Source of the DNA: Nitrosomonas sp.
GTDB lineage: Bacteria > Pseudomonadota > Gammaproteobacteria > Burkholderiales > Nitrosomonadaceae
Assembly (NCBI GenBank): GCA_021774055.1
Contig: JAJFJL010000102.1
Span: forward strand, 1-61,462
Reading direction: 5' to 3'
DNA length: 61,462 nucleotides
Shown one piece after another: positions 29,747-40,530 of the stretch (positions within the stretch are counted from its first letter, which is position 1; each line of letters starts with the position of its first letter). The translations under genes were made by a program, and so were the position numbers. The notes under the pieces were generated by a model. The model saw nothing but the letters and a program-made list of their open reading frames with translations, was not told the DNA's origin and made no database searches.

Positions 29747-32563
29747 ATGAGTTTAATTCTAATTTCCCTAACCCCTTTTGTCGGTGCTATTTTTACCGCC
29801 TGTATTTCTCGCTTAGGTCGCCTGCACGCTGCTTGGACAGCTGGTGCTGTAACGTTACTAACACTAGCTTTGTTATTTCCGTTAATCGCAGATGTTTTTG
29901 CTGGAAACACCTTAATTCAGCAAGTTAGTTGGATTCCGATGGTAGGTCTTGACCTTGCTTTTCGTCTCGATGGATTGGCTCTATTATTTGCGTTACTTAT
30001 TTTAGGGATTGGCTTACTAATCATCCTATATGCTCGCTATTACTTGTCAGAGCGAGATGACATGGGACGGTTCTACACTTACTTGCTGTTGTTTATGGGT
30101 TCAATGCTGGGGATTGCATTATCTGAAAATGTTATTCAGCTATTAATCTTCTGGGAACTTACTAGTCTCTCATCCTTTTTATTAATTAGCTATTGGCAAC
30201 ACCGTCGAGAATCACGCCGCGGTGCACGCATGGCTTTAGCTGTAACCGGTGGTGGTGGATTAGCTCTACTCGGAGGCTTTCTGTTACTAGGTAACATGGT
30301 TGACAGCTATAACCTGTCGGTCATTTTGGCATCTGGTGACATTATTCGTGCAGACCCGCTTTATCTACCAATGTTGGTCTTAATATTACTTGGTGCTTTC
30401 ACTAAATCTGCCCAGTTTCCATTCCATTTTTGGTTGCCTAATGCCATGGCCGCCCCCACACCAGTTTCCGCTTATTTGCATTCAGCAACCATGGTTAAGG
30501 CTGGTGTTTTTTTACTAGCACGATTATTTCCTGCTTTATCGGGTACTGAGGAATGGTTCTGGTTAGTTGGTATAACTGGCCTAACAACCTTGTTAGTTGC
30601 TGCCTACATTGCAATGTTCAAGCACGACTTAAAAGGTTTGCTGGCGTATTCCACCATTAGCCATTTAGGTTTGATTACATTATTATTTGGTATTGGCACG
30701 CCACTTGCTGCCGTAGCGGGTGTTTTTCATATTATTAACCATGCTATCTTTAAAGCTTCATTATTCATGGCCGCAGGAATTATTGATCATGAAACTGGTA
30801 CCCGTGATATGCGTCGCCTTAGCGGGTTATGGAAATTCATGCCGTATACCGCGTTACTTGCTATGGTGGCGGCAGCTTCGATGGCTGGTGTCCCTCTATT
30901 TAATGGCTTTTTATCCAAAGAAATGTTTTTTGCCGAAACATTGCATAATTTGGATCAAACATGGGGTTGGTTATTACCAACCGCAGCAACTTTAGCTGGT
31001 GTTTTTGCGGTTGCTTACTCGTTGCGACTTATTCTTGGTGTGTTTTTTGGTGCTGCGCCAGTTGATTTACCTAAAACTCCTCATGAACCGCCCCGTTGGA
31101 TGAAAATACCAGTAGAAATATTAGTTGCATTATGTCTATTAGTAGGTATTCTGCCAGCGTTAACAGTGGAACCTATTCTTGCTATCGCTGCGTCTAGTGT
31201 ATTGCAGGGACCATTGCCAGAACATAATCTGGCTATCTGGCATGGTTTTAATACTGCCTTGTGGATGAGTATGATTGCATTAGTTGGCGGAACTCTACTC
31301 TACCTTGGTCGCCGTCCATTATTTAAATTATATGATCGGCAGTGGCGAAGTTTAGAGTTCAGAAATTTATATAATTATCTGCTCGGAAAATTATATAAAT
31401 TTTCTACGTCTGTTACTCGTATTATTGATGCAGGCTCCTTACAGCGTATGATCTTTGTGTTTATTTTATTCATATTAGCCTTGGGAATAAATGGTTTTCT
31501 TAGTGGAGAATTATTATTAACCGGACAACGTGAAGGCTTAGCAATTGATGGTGTCAGCTTACTGGTCGCATTGATTATGGTCTCAGCCACAATAGCAACA
31601 GTTATTTTTCACCGACAACGCTTAGTAGCGTTAATTCTAATGGGTGCTGTTGGTTTAGGTGTGGCATTAATTTTTGTTAAATTTTCTGCGCCTGATCTAG
31701 CATTAACCCAACTATCAGTTGAAGTTGTTACCATCATGCTATTGTTATTAGCTCTATATTTCTTGCCACAAACCTCTCCGATAGAGTCAAGTAAGCTGCT
31801 TCGTAGTCGTGATTGGATTATATCTATCGTCGCAGGAAGTGGAGTAACAGCACTAACATGGGCAGTATTAACCCGCCCACATCAAAGTATCGCAGATTAT
31901 TTCTTGGCCAATAGTGTCACTGGCGGAGGTGGAACTAATGTAGTGAATGTGATTCTGGTAGATTTCCGTGGCTATGATACTTTGGGTGAAATCACCGTGC
32001 TGGCAATCGCAGGGTTAGGTATCTATGCAATGCTAGATCATTTGCAATTAACCGGCTCCAGCCATGATGACAAAGGTCGCCGCTGGAATCATGATACTCA
32101 TCCGGTTATCCTGGCCTCATTTGCACGCTTATTACTACCAATTGCTTTGATCGTAGCGATGTTTATTTTATTACGTGGACATAACTTACCCGGAGGTGGT
32201 TTTATTGCTGGATTGATTACTGCCGTAGCGTTGGTGATGCAGTATCTAGCGAATGGTGTTGTTTGGACACAAAAACGATTACCTGCCAATGTACACTCTG
32301 TGATTGGTTATGGCTTGTTAATTGCAGTCGTAACTGGCTTAGCTAGCTGGTTATTTAACTACCCATTCCTAACTTCGACATTTAGCCACATTCACTGGCC
32401 GATAATTGGTGAATTTGAGTTAGCATCGGCGATGCCCTTTGATTTAGGTGTTTATTTGGTTGTTGTCGGCGCCACCTCATTAATTCTTATTAACCTAGGA
32501 TTAGTACATAGCAACAGTCCTCGTGCAAACTTTAGGAAGCAACCCCGCAAATGGAAGCATTAA
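29747..32563 (+). CDS. mrpA: Mrp/Pha cation:H+ antiporter fused subunit A/B
   Basis: FWELTSLSSFLLI, AFTKSAQFPFHFWLP, DFRGYDTLGE and C-terminal MrpB motif GHNLPGGGF. Confidence 0.95.
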   Translation: MSLILISLTPFVGAIFTACISRLGRLHAAWTAGAVTLLTLALLFPLIADVFAGNTLIQQVSWIPMVGLDLAFRLDGLALLFALLILGIGLLIILYARYYLSERDDMGRFYTYLLLFMGSMLGIALSENVIQLLIFWELTSLSSFLLISYWQHRRESRRGARMALAVTGGGGLALLGGFLLLGNMVDSYNLSVILASGDIIRADPLYLPMLVLILLGAFTKSAQFPFHFWLPNAMAAPTPVSAYLHSATMVKAGVFLLARLFPALSGTEEWFWLVGITGLTTLLVAAYIAMFKHDLKGLLAYSTISHLGLITLLFGIGTPLAAVAGVFHIINHAIFKASLFMAAGIIDHETGTRDMRRLSGLWKFMPYTALLAMVAAASMAGVPLFNGFLSKEMFFAETLHNLDQTWGWLLPTAATLAGVFAVAYSLRLILGVFFGAAPVDLPKTPHEPPRWMKIPVEILVALCLLVGILPALTVEPILAIAASSVLQGPLPEHNLAIWHGFNTALWMSMIALVGGTLLYLGRRPLFKLYDRQWRSLEFRNLYNYLLGKLYKFSTSVTRIIDAGSLQRMIFVFILFILALGINGFLSGELLLTGQREGLAIDGVSLLVALIMVSATIATVIFHRQRLVALILMGAVGLGVALIFVKFSAPDLALTQLSVEVVTIMLLLLALYFLPQTSPIESSKLLRSRDWIISIVAGSGVTALTWAVLTRPHQSIADYFLANSVTGGGGTNVVNVILVDFRGYDTLGEITVLAIAGLGIYAMLDHLQLTGSSHDDKGRRWNHDTHPVILASFARLLLPIALIVAMFILLRGHNLPGGGFIAGLITAVALVMQYLANGVVWTQKRLPANVHSVIGYGLLIAVVTGLASWLFNYPFLTSTFSHIHWPIIGEFELASAMPFDLGVYLVVVGATSLILINLGLVHSNSPRANFRKQPRKWKH

Positions 32564-32880
32564 TCGCCATCATTTTAGGCAGTCTAACCACCTGCGGCAT
32601 CTATCTGATACTGCGTGGTCGTACTTTCCCTGTGGTCTTGGGATTGACATTCTTGTCTTATGCCGTCAATCTATTTTTATTAATTATGGGTAGATTAACT
32701 ATTGGTAAACCACCGATTCTGGTAGCAGGTGTCAGCGATTATGCGGACCCATTACCACAAGCCTTGGTACTAACTGCAATTGTTATCGGTTTTGCCATGA
32801 CAGCCTTCGTAATTGTGCTATCACTTAAAGCTTATTCAGAGCTGAGCAATGATCATGTCGACGGAAAACATAAATCATGA
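32551..32880 (+). CDS. mrpC: Mrp antiporter subunit C
   Basis: DPLPQALVLTAIVI motif. Confidence 0.95.
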   Translation: MEALIAIILGSLTTCGIYLILRGRTFPVVLGLTFLSYAVNLFLLIMGRLTIGKPPILVAGVSDYADPLPQALVLTAIVIGFAMTAFVIVLSLKAYSELSNDHVDGKHKS

Positions 32881-34421
32881 CTGATCACCTTGTTATCGCC
32901 CCAGTTTTACTGCCACTACTAGTTGGCACCTTATTATTACTAATAAAATCTGAAGATTTACGCTTTCAGCGCATCCTAAGTACTGTTTCAGTTATTGCTC
33001 AAATTGGCCTAGCACTAGGGCTCTTATGTGCAGTGTATGGTGGTGAAATTCTGGTCTATACAGTCGGTAACTGGCAAGCACCATTTGGTATTGTATTAGT
33101 AGCTGATCGCCTGACTGCTTGGATGTTAATCATTACTGCACTACTTTCATTCTGTGCATTGCTATATGCGGTGCGTGGCGCTGACAGTGCTGGGCGACAT
33201 TTTCATGTTTTATTTCAAATGCAACTACTTGGATTAAACGGTGCCTTCCTTACCGGTGACTTGTTTAATCTGTTTGTTTTCTTTGAAATATTATTGCTTG
33301 CATCGTATAGCCTATTGCTACATGGGGGAGGGCGCAACCGTACCAAAGCAGGTTTACATTTTGTTGTTATTAACCTGGTTGGATCTACTTTGTTCCTATT
33401 CGCAGTCGGAACACTTTACGGCATGCTAGGAACATTAAATATGGCAGACTTGGCGGTTAAAGTTGCAGCCACTCCCCCAGAAGATATTTTCCTAGTAAAC
33501 ACGGCCGGCTTACTTTTATTTGGAGTATTTGCATTAAAAGCTGCATTATTACCACTTTATGCATGGTTACCTGGAGCTTATGCACACACCACAGCATCAG
33601 TAGCAGCAATTTTTGCTATTATGACTAAAGTAGGCGCGTACTGTATTTTACGTGTTTATACCTTGATCTTCGGTGCGCAAGCAGGTCTTGCTGCCAATCT
33701 AATTGAAGCATGGTTATTACCCCTCGCACTAGCCACTCTAATCTTTGGCGTTTTAGGTATCATGGCTAGCACCCACCTACGCCAGCAAGTTGCTTACTTA
33801 GTTATTGCATCTATTGGTTCATTATTAATTGCATTTGGTTTAAATACAGAAATAGGAATTGCTGCAGGACTTTATTATCTACCTCATTCAACATTCTCTG
33901 TTGCGGCTTTCTTTTTACTGGCAGATGCTATTGCTAAACGGCGTGGTGAAATAGCTGATAAATTTGAACCAGGTCCGGTTATTGTCTACCAACGATTATT
34001 TGGTGTATTGTTCTTTATTACCGCAGTATTGGTGGCTGGTCTGCCACCACTATCTGGTTTTATTGGAAAATTTCTAATTCTACACGCAGCACTTGAGCAT
34101 CCAATGTTACCTTGGGTAATGAGTATTATATTAATAACCAGCCTACTTGGTCTGGTCGCTCTTGCACGTGGTGGCAGTCGCTTGTTTTACCGTACACTAC
34201 CAGTGACAGACACAACAGTCGTAATTAATAGCGAACCTAATCTAAATACACCACGTTCAATGATCGGGGAACTATTACCTATCATAAGTCTGCTAGCTTT
34301 ATGTGTCGCTTTGGTAATTTGTGCCGGACCAATCACTGAGTTCTCAATGGCAACAGCTAATCAATTGCTACAGCCATCTAATTATATTCAAGCAGTATTA
34401 AGTGATGGAGGACAATACTAA
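32877..34421 (+). CDS. mrpD: Mrp antiporter subunit D
   Basis: TGDLFNLFVFFEI, WLPGAY and GLPPLSGF motifs. Confidence 0.95.
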   Translation: MTDHLVIAPVLLPLLVGTLLLLIKSEDLRFQRILSTVSVIAQIGLALGLLCAVYGGEILVYTVGNWQAPFGIVLVADRLTAWMLIITALLSFCALLYAVRGADSAGRHFHVLFQMQLLGLNGAFLTGDLFNLFVFFEILLLASYSLLLHGGGRNRTKAGLHFVVINLVGSTLFLFAVGTLYGMLGTLNMADLAVKVAATPPEDIFLVNTAGLLLFGVFALKAALLPLYAWLPGAYAHTTASVAAIFAIMTKVGAYCILRVYTLIFGAQAGLAANLIEAWLLPLALATLIFGVLGIMASTHLRQQVAYLVIASIGSLLIAFGLNTEIGIAAGLYYLPHSTFSVAAFFLLADAIAKRRGEIADKFEPGPVIVYQRLFGVLFFITAVLVAGLPPLSGFIGKFLILHAALEHPMLPWVMSIILITSLLGLVALARGGSRLFYRTLPVTDTTVVINSEPNLNTPRSMIGELLPIISLLALCVALVICAGPITEFSMATANQLLQPSNYIQAVLSDGGQY

Positions 34422-34912
34422 TGCGTAGATTATTACCTCATCCTATCCTTACCCCAACCTTAGCTAGTATATGGCTGCTATTAAACAATAGCATTGAACC
34501 AGGTCAAATTGTTTTAGGCTTATTGCTAGGATGGCTAATTCCCTTGCTTTCCATACGCTTCTGGCCAGAAACAGTACGTATTCGCAAACCAATAACCTTA
34601 TTGCGCTACATTAGTGTTTTATTGATTGATATTGTGGTTGCCAATTTTACTGTAGCACGGCTTATTCTTAGTAATCCTAAGCAACTCCAGCCTGCTTTTG
34701 TGGAATTCCCATTAGACCTCACCTCAGATCTTGCCATTAGTTTACTAGCTAACAGCATTACACTTACCCCTGGAACTTTATCTGCCCAGTTATCACCAGA
34801 CCGTAAATATTTATTAATCCATGCCCTCAACGAAACCGAACCAGACACACTAATCATAACCATTAAACAACGTTATGAAGTTATGCTAAAGGAGGTCTTT
34901 GAATCATGCTGA
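34421..34912 (+). CDS. mrpE: Mrp antiporter subunit E
   Basis: LANSITLTPGTLS motif. Confidence 0.95.
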   Translation: MRRLLPHPILTPTLASIWLLLNNSIEPGQIVLGLLLGWLIPLLSIRFWPETVRIRKPITLLRYISVLLIDIVVANFTVARLILSNPKQLQPAFVEFPLDLTSDLAISLLANSITLTPGTLSAQLSPDRKYLLIHALNETEPDTLIITIKQRYEVMLKEVFESC

Positions 34913-35175
34913 CCATTGCTATCCCGATTGCTTTGTCATTAGTCACTGCCGCTGTTGCCATAAGTTTCTGGCGCTTGCTTGTTGGCCCCAGCGTGCCAGA
35001 CCGAATCTTAGCACTTGATACACTATATATTAATGCCATTGCATTACTAGTATTACTGGGCATTCATCTTTCTAGTAACTTGTTTTTTGAAGCTGCGTTG
35101 CTTATTGCCCTAATGGGTTTTATTGGTACGGTTGCATTATGCAAATACCTATTACGTGGCGATATTATCGAATAA
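34906..35175 (+). CDS. mrpF: Mrp antiporter subunit F
   Basis: GPSVPDRILALD motif. Confidence 0.95.
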   Translation: MLTIAIPIALSLVTAAVAISFWRLLVGPSVPDRILALDTLYINAIALLVLLGIHLSSNLFFEAALLIALMGFIGTVALCKYLLRGDIIE

Positions 35176-35178
35176 ATT

Positions 35179-35622
35179 ATGTTGGATTATTTGCTTTCCT
35201 TTTTGATTCTAACCGGTGCTGCATTAACCTTTATTGGTTCTCTCGGCCTACTTCGGCTCAAAGACTTTTACACTCGCTTACATGGCCCAACTAAGGCAAC
35301 CACCCTAGGTGTTGGTTGCTTATTAATCGCCTCTGCCATCTATTTCAGTACCCATGAAGCTGGAATAAGCTTACATGAAATACTAATCACGCTATTTCTT
35401 TTTATTACTGCTCCAGTCAGTGCCCATATGCTTGCTAAAGCAGCGCTACACCTTGGTTTACCTTCTTTAGCCAAAATACCGGAAGATCGACTGGACAAAC
35501 AATCTGAAAATAAGCTAACGTCTGATAAAAAAACAATCTCCGCAAAAGCATCGCCTGTTGATTTGGAGGTTGAACTATTAGAACCAAAGATTAAACAACA
35601 AACTATTAATTCAGGAGAAGGC
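35179..35622 (+). CDS. mrpG: Mrp antiporter subunit G, lacking a stop and reading in frame into hemF (full ORF 35179..36519)
   Basis: [19 protein letters not shown] and TAPVSAH motifs; no stop before the hemF ATG. Confidence 0.9.
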
Positions 35623-36519
35623 ATGAACACAACCGAAGTTAAAACATTTCTTACTAATCTGCAAAATAGTATCGTTAAAGGGCTGGAACAAGTAGACGGT
35701 AAGCCTTTTCAACGTGATCAATGGGATCGCCCAGGAGGTGGCGGAGGTGTTAGTTGTGTTATCGAGGAAGGAAATGTTTTTGAACGTGGTGGGGTGAACT
35801 TTTCCCATGTATTTGGCACTGGGCTACCTGCATCCGCAACTGCCGCAAGACCAGAACTATCTGGTCGCAGCTTTGAAGCTATGGGCGTGTCGCTAGTGTT
35901 ACATCCGCGTAATCCTTATGCACCTACTGTACATATGAATGTACGATTTTTTGAAGCTTGCAAGGAAGGGGCTGATCCAGTTTGGTGGTTTGGTGGTGGC
36001 ATGGATTTAACACCATATTATGGTTATGAAGAAGATGCTATCCATTTTCATCAAACTTGCAAAAATGCACTACAACCATATGGTGATGACTGTTATCCAC
36101 GCCTTAAGAAATGGTGTGACGAATATTTTTACCTCAAGCATCGTAAAGAACCACGTGGTATTGGTGGAATCTTTTTTGATGACCTAAATGAACCAGATTT
36201 TAAGACTTGTTTTAATTTAACCAAAGATGTCGGTGATAATTTTTTAACATCTTATGTGCCTATTTTAGAAAAACGTATCAACACTCCATATGGTGAACAA
36301 GAACGTGATTTTCAGGCATTTCGTCGCGGACGTTATGTAGAATTTAATTTAGTCTGGGATCGCGGTACGTTATTTGGACTACAAACCGGAGGACGTACAG
36401 AATCAATCCTAATGTCATTACCACCTATAGTTAAATGGCGCTATGACTGGAAACCACAAGCTGGTAGCGCGGAAGATAAGTTATATACTGATTTTATTAT
36501 TGGTAAAGACTGGGTGTGA
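35623..36519 (+). CDS. hemF: Oxygen-dependent coproporphyrinogen III oxidase
   Basis: [31 protein letters not shown] and [11 protein letters not shown]; own AGGAG SD before ATG 35623. Confidence 0.95.
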   Translation: MNTTEVKTFLTNLQNSIVKGLEQVDGKPFQRDQWDRPGGGGGVSCVIEEGNVFERGGVNFSHVFGTGLPASATAARPELSGRSFEAMGVSLVLHPRNPYAPTVHMNVRFFEACKEGADPVWWFGGGMDLTPYYGYEEDAIHFHQTCKNALQPYGDDCYPRLKKWCDEYFYLKHRKEPRGIGGIFFDDLNEPDFKTCFNLTKDVGDNFLTSYVPILEKRINTPYGEQERDFQAFRRGRYVEFNLVWDRGTLFGLQTGGRTESILMSLPPIVKWRYDWKPQAGSAEDKLYTDFIIGKDWV

Positions 36520-36588
36520 TGCTGCAACCAAATGATAATGATAATGATAATTGGTCATAATGCAATATTAGCGTAAAATGTCGTCTTT

Positions 36589-36661
36589 GCCCTGGTAGCT
36601 CAGTGGATAGAGCAACCCCCTCCTAAGGGGTAGGTCGCACGTTCGATTCGTGCTCGGGGCG
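36589..36661 (+). tRNA. tRNA-Arg (CCT), CCA end not encoded
   Basis: GCCCTGGTAGCTCAGTGGATAGAGCAACCCCCTCCTAAGGGGTAGGTCGCACGTTCGATTCGTGCTCGGGGCG, followed by CAA. Confidence 0.92.
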
Positions 36662-36670
36662 CAACATAAA

Positions 36671-36849
36671 TAGTACCTAGGAGCCTGTCGGACTTATGAT
36701 TTCGAAGCGAAAATTTTGAGAATCGAAGCAAAATTCTCACCGGTTTGAGGCGAATATTGAGTATATTTAACGAAAACTGGGGAGGATTTAGGCCGATTTC
36801 TCCAAATTTGCAGCCGAAACTCATAAGTCCGACAGGCTCCTAGGTACTA
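36671..36849. mobile_element. MITE family C
   Basis: Perfect 29-bp IR TAGTACCTAGGAGCCTGTCGGACTTATGA. Confidence 0.85.
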
Positions 36850-37053
36850 CAGGTTAGGAACACATACGAAATAACTTGGGGCAACTAGCATAAAATATGC
36901 TCATATTTAAAACCTGTCCCGTACTTGATACGAATGCTTATAAATAGGCGAATAACACAGAAGATGACCATAAGACAAAGCTAATTGCTCAAGTTATTTC
37001 AGGCATGTTCCTTAGTGTTTGCTTACAAAAGATGCCAAAAGGAAAGAACCAAT

Positions 37054-38439
37054 ATGACAGCTGTTATACAGATAAATGAAAAACAAGTTGTTGCTGACCA
37101 ATCTGATCCAACGCCGGTGCGATTCCAAGTTTATACTGAACATCAGCTAGATAAAATAGCAGCTCTCAAACAATTATCAGAACAGCAGCGCTTTGAAATG
37201 AAAGTGGTTGCAAAAGTTTTACCCTTCCGAGTTAATCAATATGTTATTGATCAATTAATTGACTGGCAGAATATCCCAGATGATCCTATTTATCAGTTAA
37301 CCTTTCCTCAAAAAGGCATGCTGCTAGAGTCTGATTATGAACAAATGGCTGAGGTATTACGTAATAATGCTGATGCAGGCCTAATTCAGAAAACAGCAAA
37401 TAATATTCGTCAACGCTTAAATCCCCACCCAGCTGGGCAGCAGTTATTAAATGTCCCTAGAATTGAAAATGAATCACTAGACGGTATTCAACATAAATAT
37501 CGTGAAACAGTGTTGTTTTTTCCAAAACAAGGACAGGTTTGTCACAGCTACTGTACTTTCTGTTTCCGCTGGGCACAGTTTATTGGCGATAAAGAATTAC
37601 GTTTTTCAGCCAAAGAAGCAGAGCATTTATATCGTTATCTAAGTGAAAATACTGCAATTAGTGATTTATTAATTACCGGTGGCGACCCTATGGTAATGAA
37701 AACAAGTCACTTAAGCGCTTATTTGGAGCCGTTATTGTTGCCTGAATTAGAGCATATTCAAACAATACGTATTGGCACCAAATCCTTAAGCTTTTGGCCA
37801 CAACGTTATGTTAGCGATGCAGATGCCGAGCAACTCTTGAAATTACTAGAGAAAATGGTGAAAGCAGGCAAACATGTTTCTATTATGGCGCATTATAACC
37901 ACTGGCGCGAAATGGCAACCCCAATCGCTCAAGAAGCTATCCGACGTTTACGTGACACTGGAGTGGTAATTCGCACTCAATCTCCACTATTAAACCATAT
38001 CAACAATAGTGCAGATACCTGGGCAAAATTATGGCGTGAACAAGTTCGTTTAGGTATGATTCCTTATTACATGTTTGTTGAACGCGACACTGGAGCTCGT
38101 CATTATTTTGAAGTACCTCTAGAACGTGCTTGGGAAGTGTATCGTGGTGCCATGCAAAAAGTATCAGGTTTAGGCCGAACAGCCCGTGGTCCATCAATGA
38201 GCGCAGGCCCTGGCAAAATTGAAATTCAAGGTATAACCGAAATAAATTCTGAAAAAGTATTTGTATTACGCTTTATCCAAGCACGTAATCCTGCCTGGGT
38301 ACAACGACCATTTTTTGCAAAATATGACCCCAAAGCAACTTGGTTAGATCACCTTAAACCTGCTTTTGGTGAAAACAAATTCTTTTTTCAGGATGAATAT
38401 GATGCTATGTGTAAAGAGAAGTTAGCATTGGGTGCGTAG
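37054..38439 (+). CDS. KamA-family PLP-dependent radical SAM aminomutase (substrate uncertain)
   Basis: HKYRETVLFF, CHSYCTFCFR (CxxxCxxC), LITGGDP and PSMSAGPGK; probable start ATG 37054. Confidence 0.88.
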   Translation: MTAVIQINEKQVVADQSDPTPVRFQVYTEHQLDKIAALKQLSEQQRFEMKVVAKVLPFRVNQYVIDQLIDWQNIPDDPIYQLTFPQKGMLLESDYEQMAEVLRNNADAGLIQKTANNIRQRLNPHPAGQQLLNVPRIENESLDGIQHKYRETVLFFPKQGQVCHSYCTFCFRWAQFIGDKELRFSAKEAEHLYRYLSENTAISDLLITGGDPMVMKTSHLSAYLEPLLLPELEHIQTIRIGTKSLSFWPQRYVSDADAEQLLKLLEKMVKAGKHVSIMAHYNHWREMATPIAQEAIRRLRDTGVVIRTQSPLLNHINNSADTWAKLWREQVRLGMIPYYMFVERDTGARHYFEVPLERAWEVYRGAMQKVSGLGRTARGPSMSAGPGKIEIQGITEINSEKVFVLRFIQARNPAWVQRPFFAKYDPKATWLDHLKPAFGENKFFFQDEYDAMCKEKLALGA

Positions 38440-38505
38440 AATTCATTTGCGTTTTATGATACATAAGTAACTCGTTATTTCAATTCATTAGAAGGCTTGT
38501 TAAAA

Positions 38506-40260
38506 ATGGCTAATTTATTTTTGGATTCAGGAGAAATCTTTAATATTGGAACTAATTTAAATACACGTGTATTTGGACAAAGTGGAAATGAGGTGGTGGT
38601 AATTGAGTCAGGAGCGACAGGCATTATTGTTGATCAAAATATAGAACGTATTGATTTGTCCTCTAATAGTAGTGATTATACCTATCAACAGCAGGGTAAT
38701 CAGTTGCTGGTTTCTACAGGCGGAATATTGATCGCAACTATTCCTGTTCAAGGTGACGCAGACGGAACACAAGTGGTTTTTGCTAATGGTAGTGTTTCTG
38801 TGATTTTATCTGCAGGTGTAATGACTTTAGGTAATGCAGTTGTTTCCAGCACAAGCAGTTCAGTAACACCAAATATAATTGACAGTTCAATTACAACCTT
38901 GGCGACTCCTTCTCCAGGTGGAATATCTAATGTTTCTCAGACTATTAATATCACAACTGCGTCTACAATATTAGATGCATCAGGGTCAAATGTAACTTTT
39001 AACGTAACATCAGGAAGTTATATACAACAAATTAAAAACTTTTCAGCCGGAGATATTCTTAGTTTTCCGTCAACAGATATCCCAACAGTAGTAAATACGT
39101 CATTTACTGACGGTGCTGTTGATATTATTTTTACAAATGCCGGTCAAACTGTAGAAATTAAATTGACAGGTATCTCTGCAGCGAATGATCAATTATTAAC
39201 TAGTATCGCAGATTTTGATACGGTTTTTGGTGTAGGGACAATTATATCGTTGCAAAGCCCTCCTCCTGGTGACACAACAGCACCCGCAATCACCACTGCT
39301 CCTAGTGCAATTTTTAATTATAATGAAAATCAAGTATTGAATGCACCAATAGCAACAATTACGGCAACAGACGACGTTGCAGTTACCGGTTTTTCAATTA
39401 CAACCGGTGATACAAATGGACTCTTTGAAATTGATAATGTCGGTAATATCAGTATATCTTCAGCAGGTATATTTAGTGCAGCAAATGATTTTGAGATAGA
39501 ACCCAATAGCTTCACCCTGGAGATTAATGCCTCGGATGCTGCAGGTAATATTTCTTCACCTGTTAGTGTCATATTAGAAATTGGAGATATTATTACTGAA
39601 GGTAGTAATGGTAATTTGTCTGGTGGTGATGGTAATGACACCTTAGTTGGTGACGATAGTAATAATTTTATTGGCGGTGGTGCCGGTAATGATACGATTA
39701 TTGCCGGTGGTGGCCAGGATAATATCCTAGCTGGGCCTGGTCAAGATCATATTAATTTAACAGAGACTATTGCTGCTGGGGATTCTGTTGATAGTCGTGA
39801 AGGCGATGGTTTTGTTGCAGTGGGCGGCGTATTTACTACGCCAGATATCGTAATCGGTTTTAATGCGGACTTTGATGTTATTCGGGTAAGTAGTGCGGAA
39901 ACATCCATAATTCTTAATGGCACGCCGGTTATTCCAAGTGGAACCATAGATTTTAGCAATATAGCGCAAAATGGATTTGATGCTAATGGTACAGTTGGTG
40001 GAGCATTTATCACTGGCACTACAGCATCATTAACAAATGAAGCAGATGTAATTGCTGCAATTGGTACCATTGCCAATGAAACTGCTGGCGAAGAGGCTTA
40101 TTTTGCAATAGCTAATACAAATGGTTCAGAATTTGGCGTATATCATTTTGTTTCTTCTACACCAGATGATGCAGTAACTGCTGGAGAATTGGAAATATTA
40201 GGACAGGTTACCTTTACTGGTGTATTGGATAATACAGATTTTGCTGTAACCACTGTATAA
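38506..40260 (+). CDS. Acidic surface protein with a cadherin-like domain and RTX calcium-binding repeats
   Basis: DTTAP...ENQ...ITATDD...NDFE...ASDAAGN cadherin-like block and GGDGNDTL/GGAGNDTI nonapeptides; no signal peptide. Confidence 0.75.
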   Translation: MANLFLDSGEIFNIGTNLNTRVFGQSGNEVVVIESGATGIIVDQNIERIDLSSNSSDYTYQQQGNQLLVSTGGILIATIPVQGDADGTQVVFANGSVSVILSAGVMTLGNAVVSSTSSSVTPNIIDSSITTLATPSPGGISNVSQTINITTASTILDASGSNVTFNVTSGSYIQQIKNFSAGDILSFPSTDIPTVVNTSFTDGAVDIIFTNAGQTVEIKLTGISAANDQLLTSIADFDTVFGVGTIISLQSPPPGDTTAPAITTAPSAIFNYNENQVLNAPIATITATDDVAVTGFSITTGDTNGLFEIDNVGNISISSAGIFSAANDFEIEPNSFTLEINASDAAGNISSPVSVILEIGDIITEGSNGNLSGGDGNDTLVGDDSNNFIGGGAGNDTIIAGGGQDNILAGPGQDHINLTETIAAGDSVDSREGDGFVAVGGVFTTPDIVIGFNADFDVIRVSSAETSIILNGTPVIPSGTIDFSNIAQNGFDANGTVGGAFITGTTASLTNEADVIAAIGTIANETAGEEAYFAIANTNGSEFGVYHFVSSTPDDAVTAGELEILGQVTFTGVLDNTDFAVTTV

Positions 40261-40300
40261 CCTTCTATTTTTTATAGTTTTGTACATAGTCACACGTTCC

Positions 40301-40468
40301 ATAGTACCTTGCGCGCTAAATAACCTGAAAAAAATATAGGGATGTAGAAATTGTCGAGAACAAGACGAAGAAACACTGGCACATTGAGCATACGGCAAGT
40401 TTCTTCAACGCAATTGTCGGCAATTTGTGCCACAAATTTTCCTGGCTATTTAGCGCGCAAGGTACTAG
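40301..40468. mobile_element. MITE family B copy
   Basis: Perfect 21-bp IR TAGTACCTTGCGCGCTAAATA. Confidence 0.8.
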
Positions 40469-40530
40469 TTCTGTCCCTTCTAGCACGACGTCACTGAATT
40501 AATTATTCTCACGATGAAAAAGGAATCACC

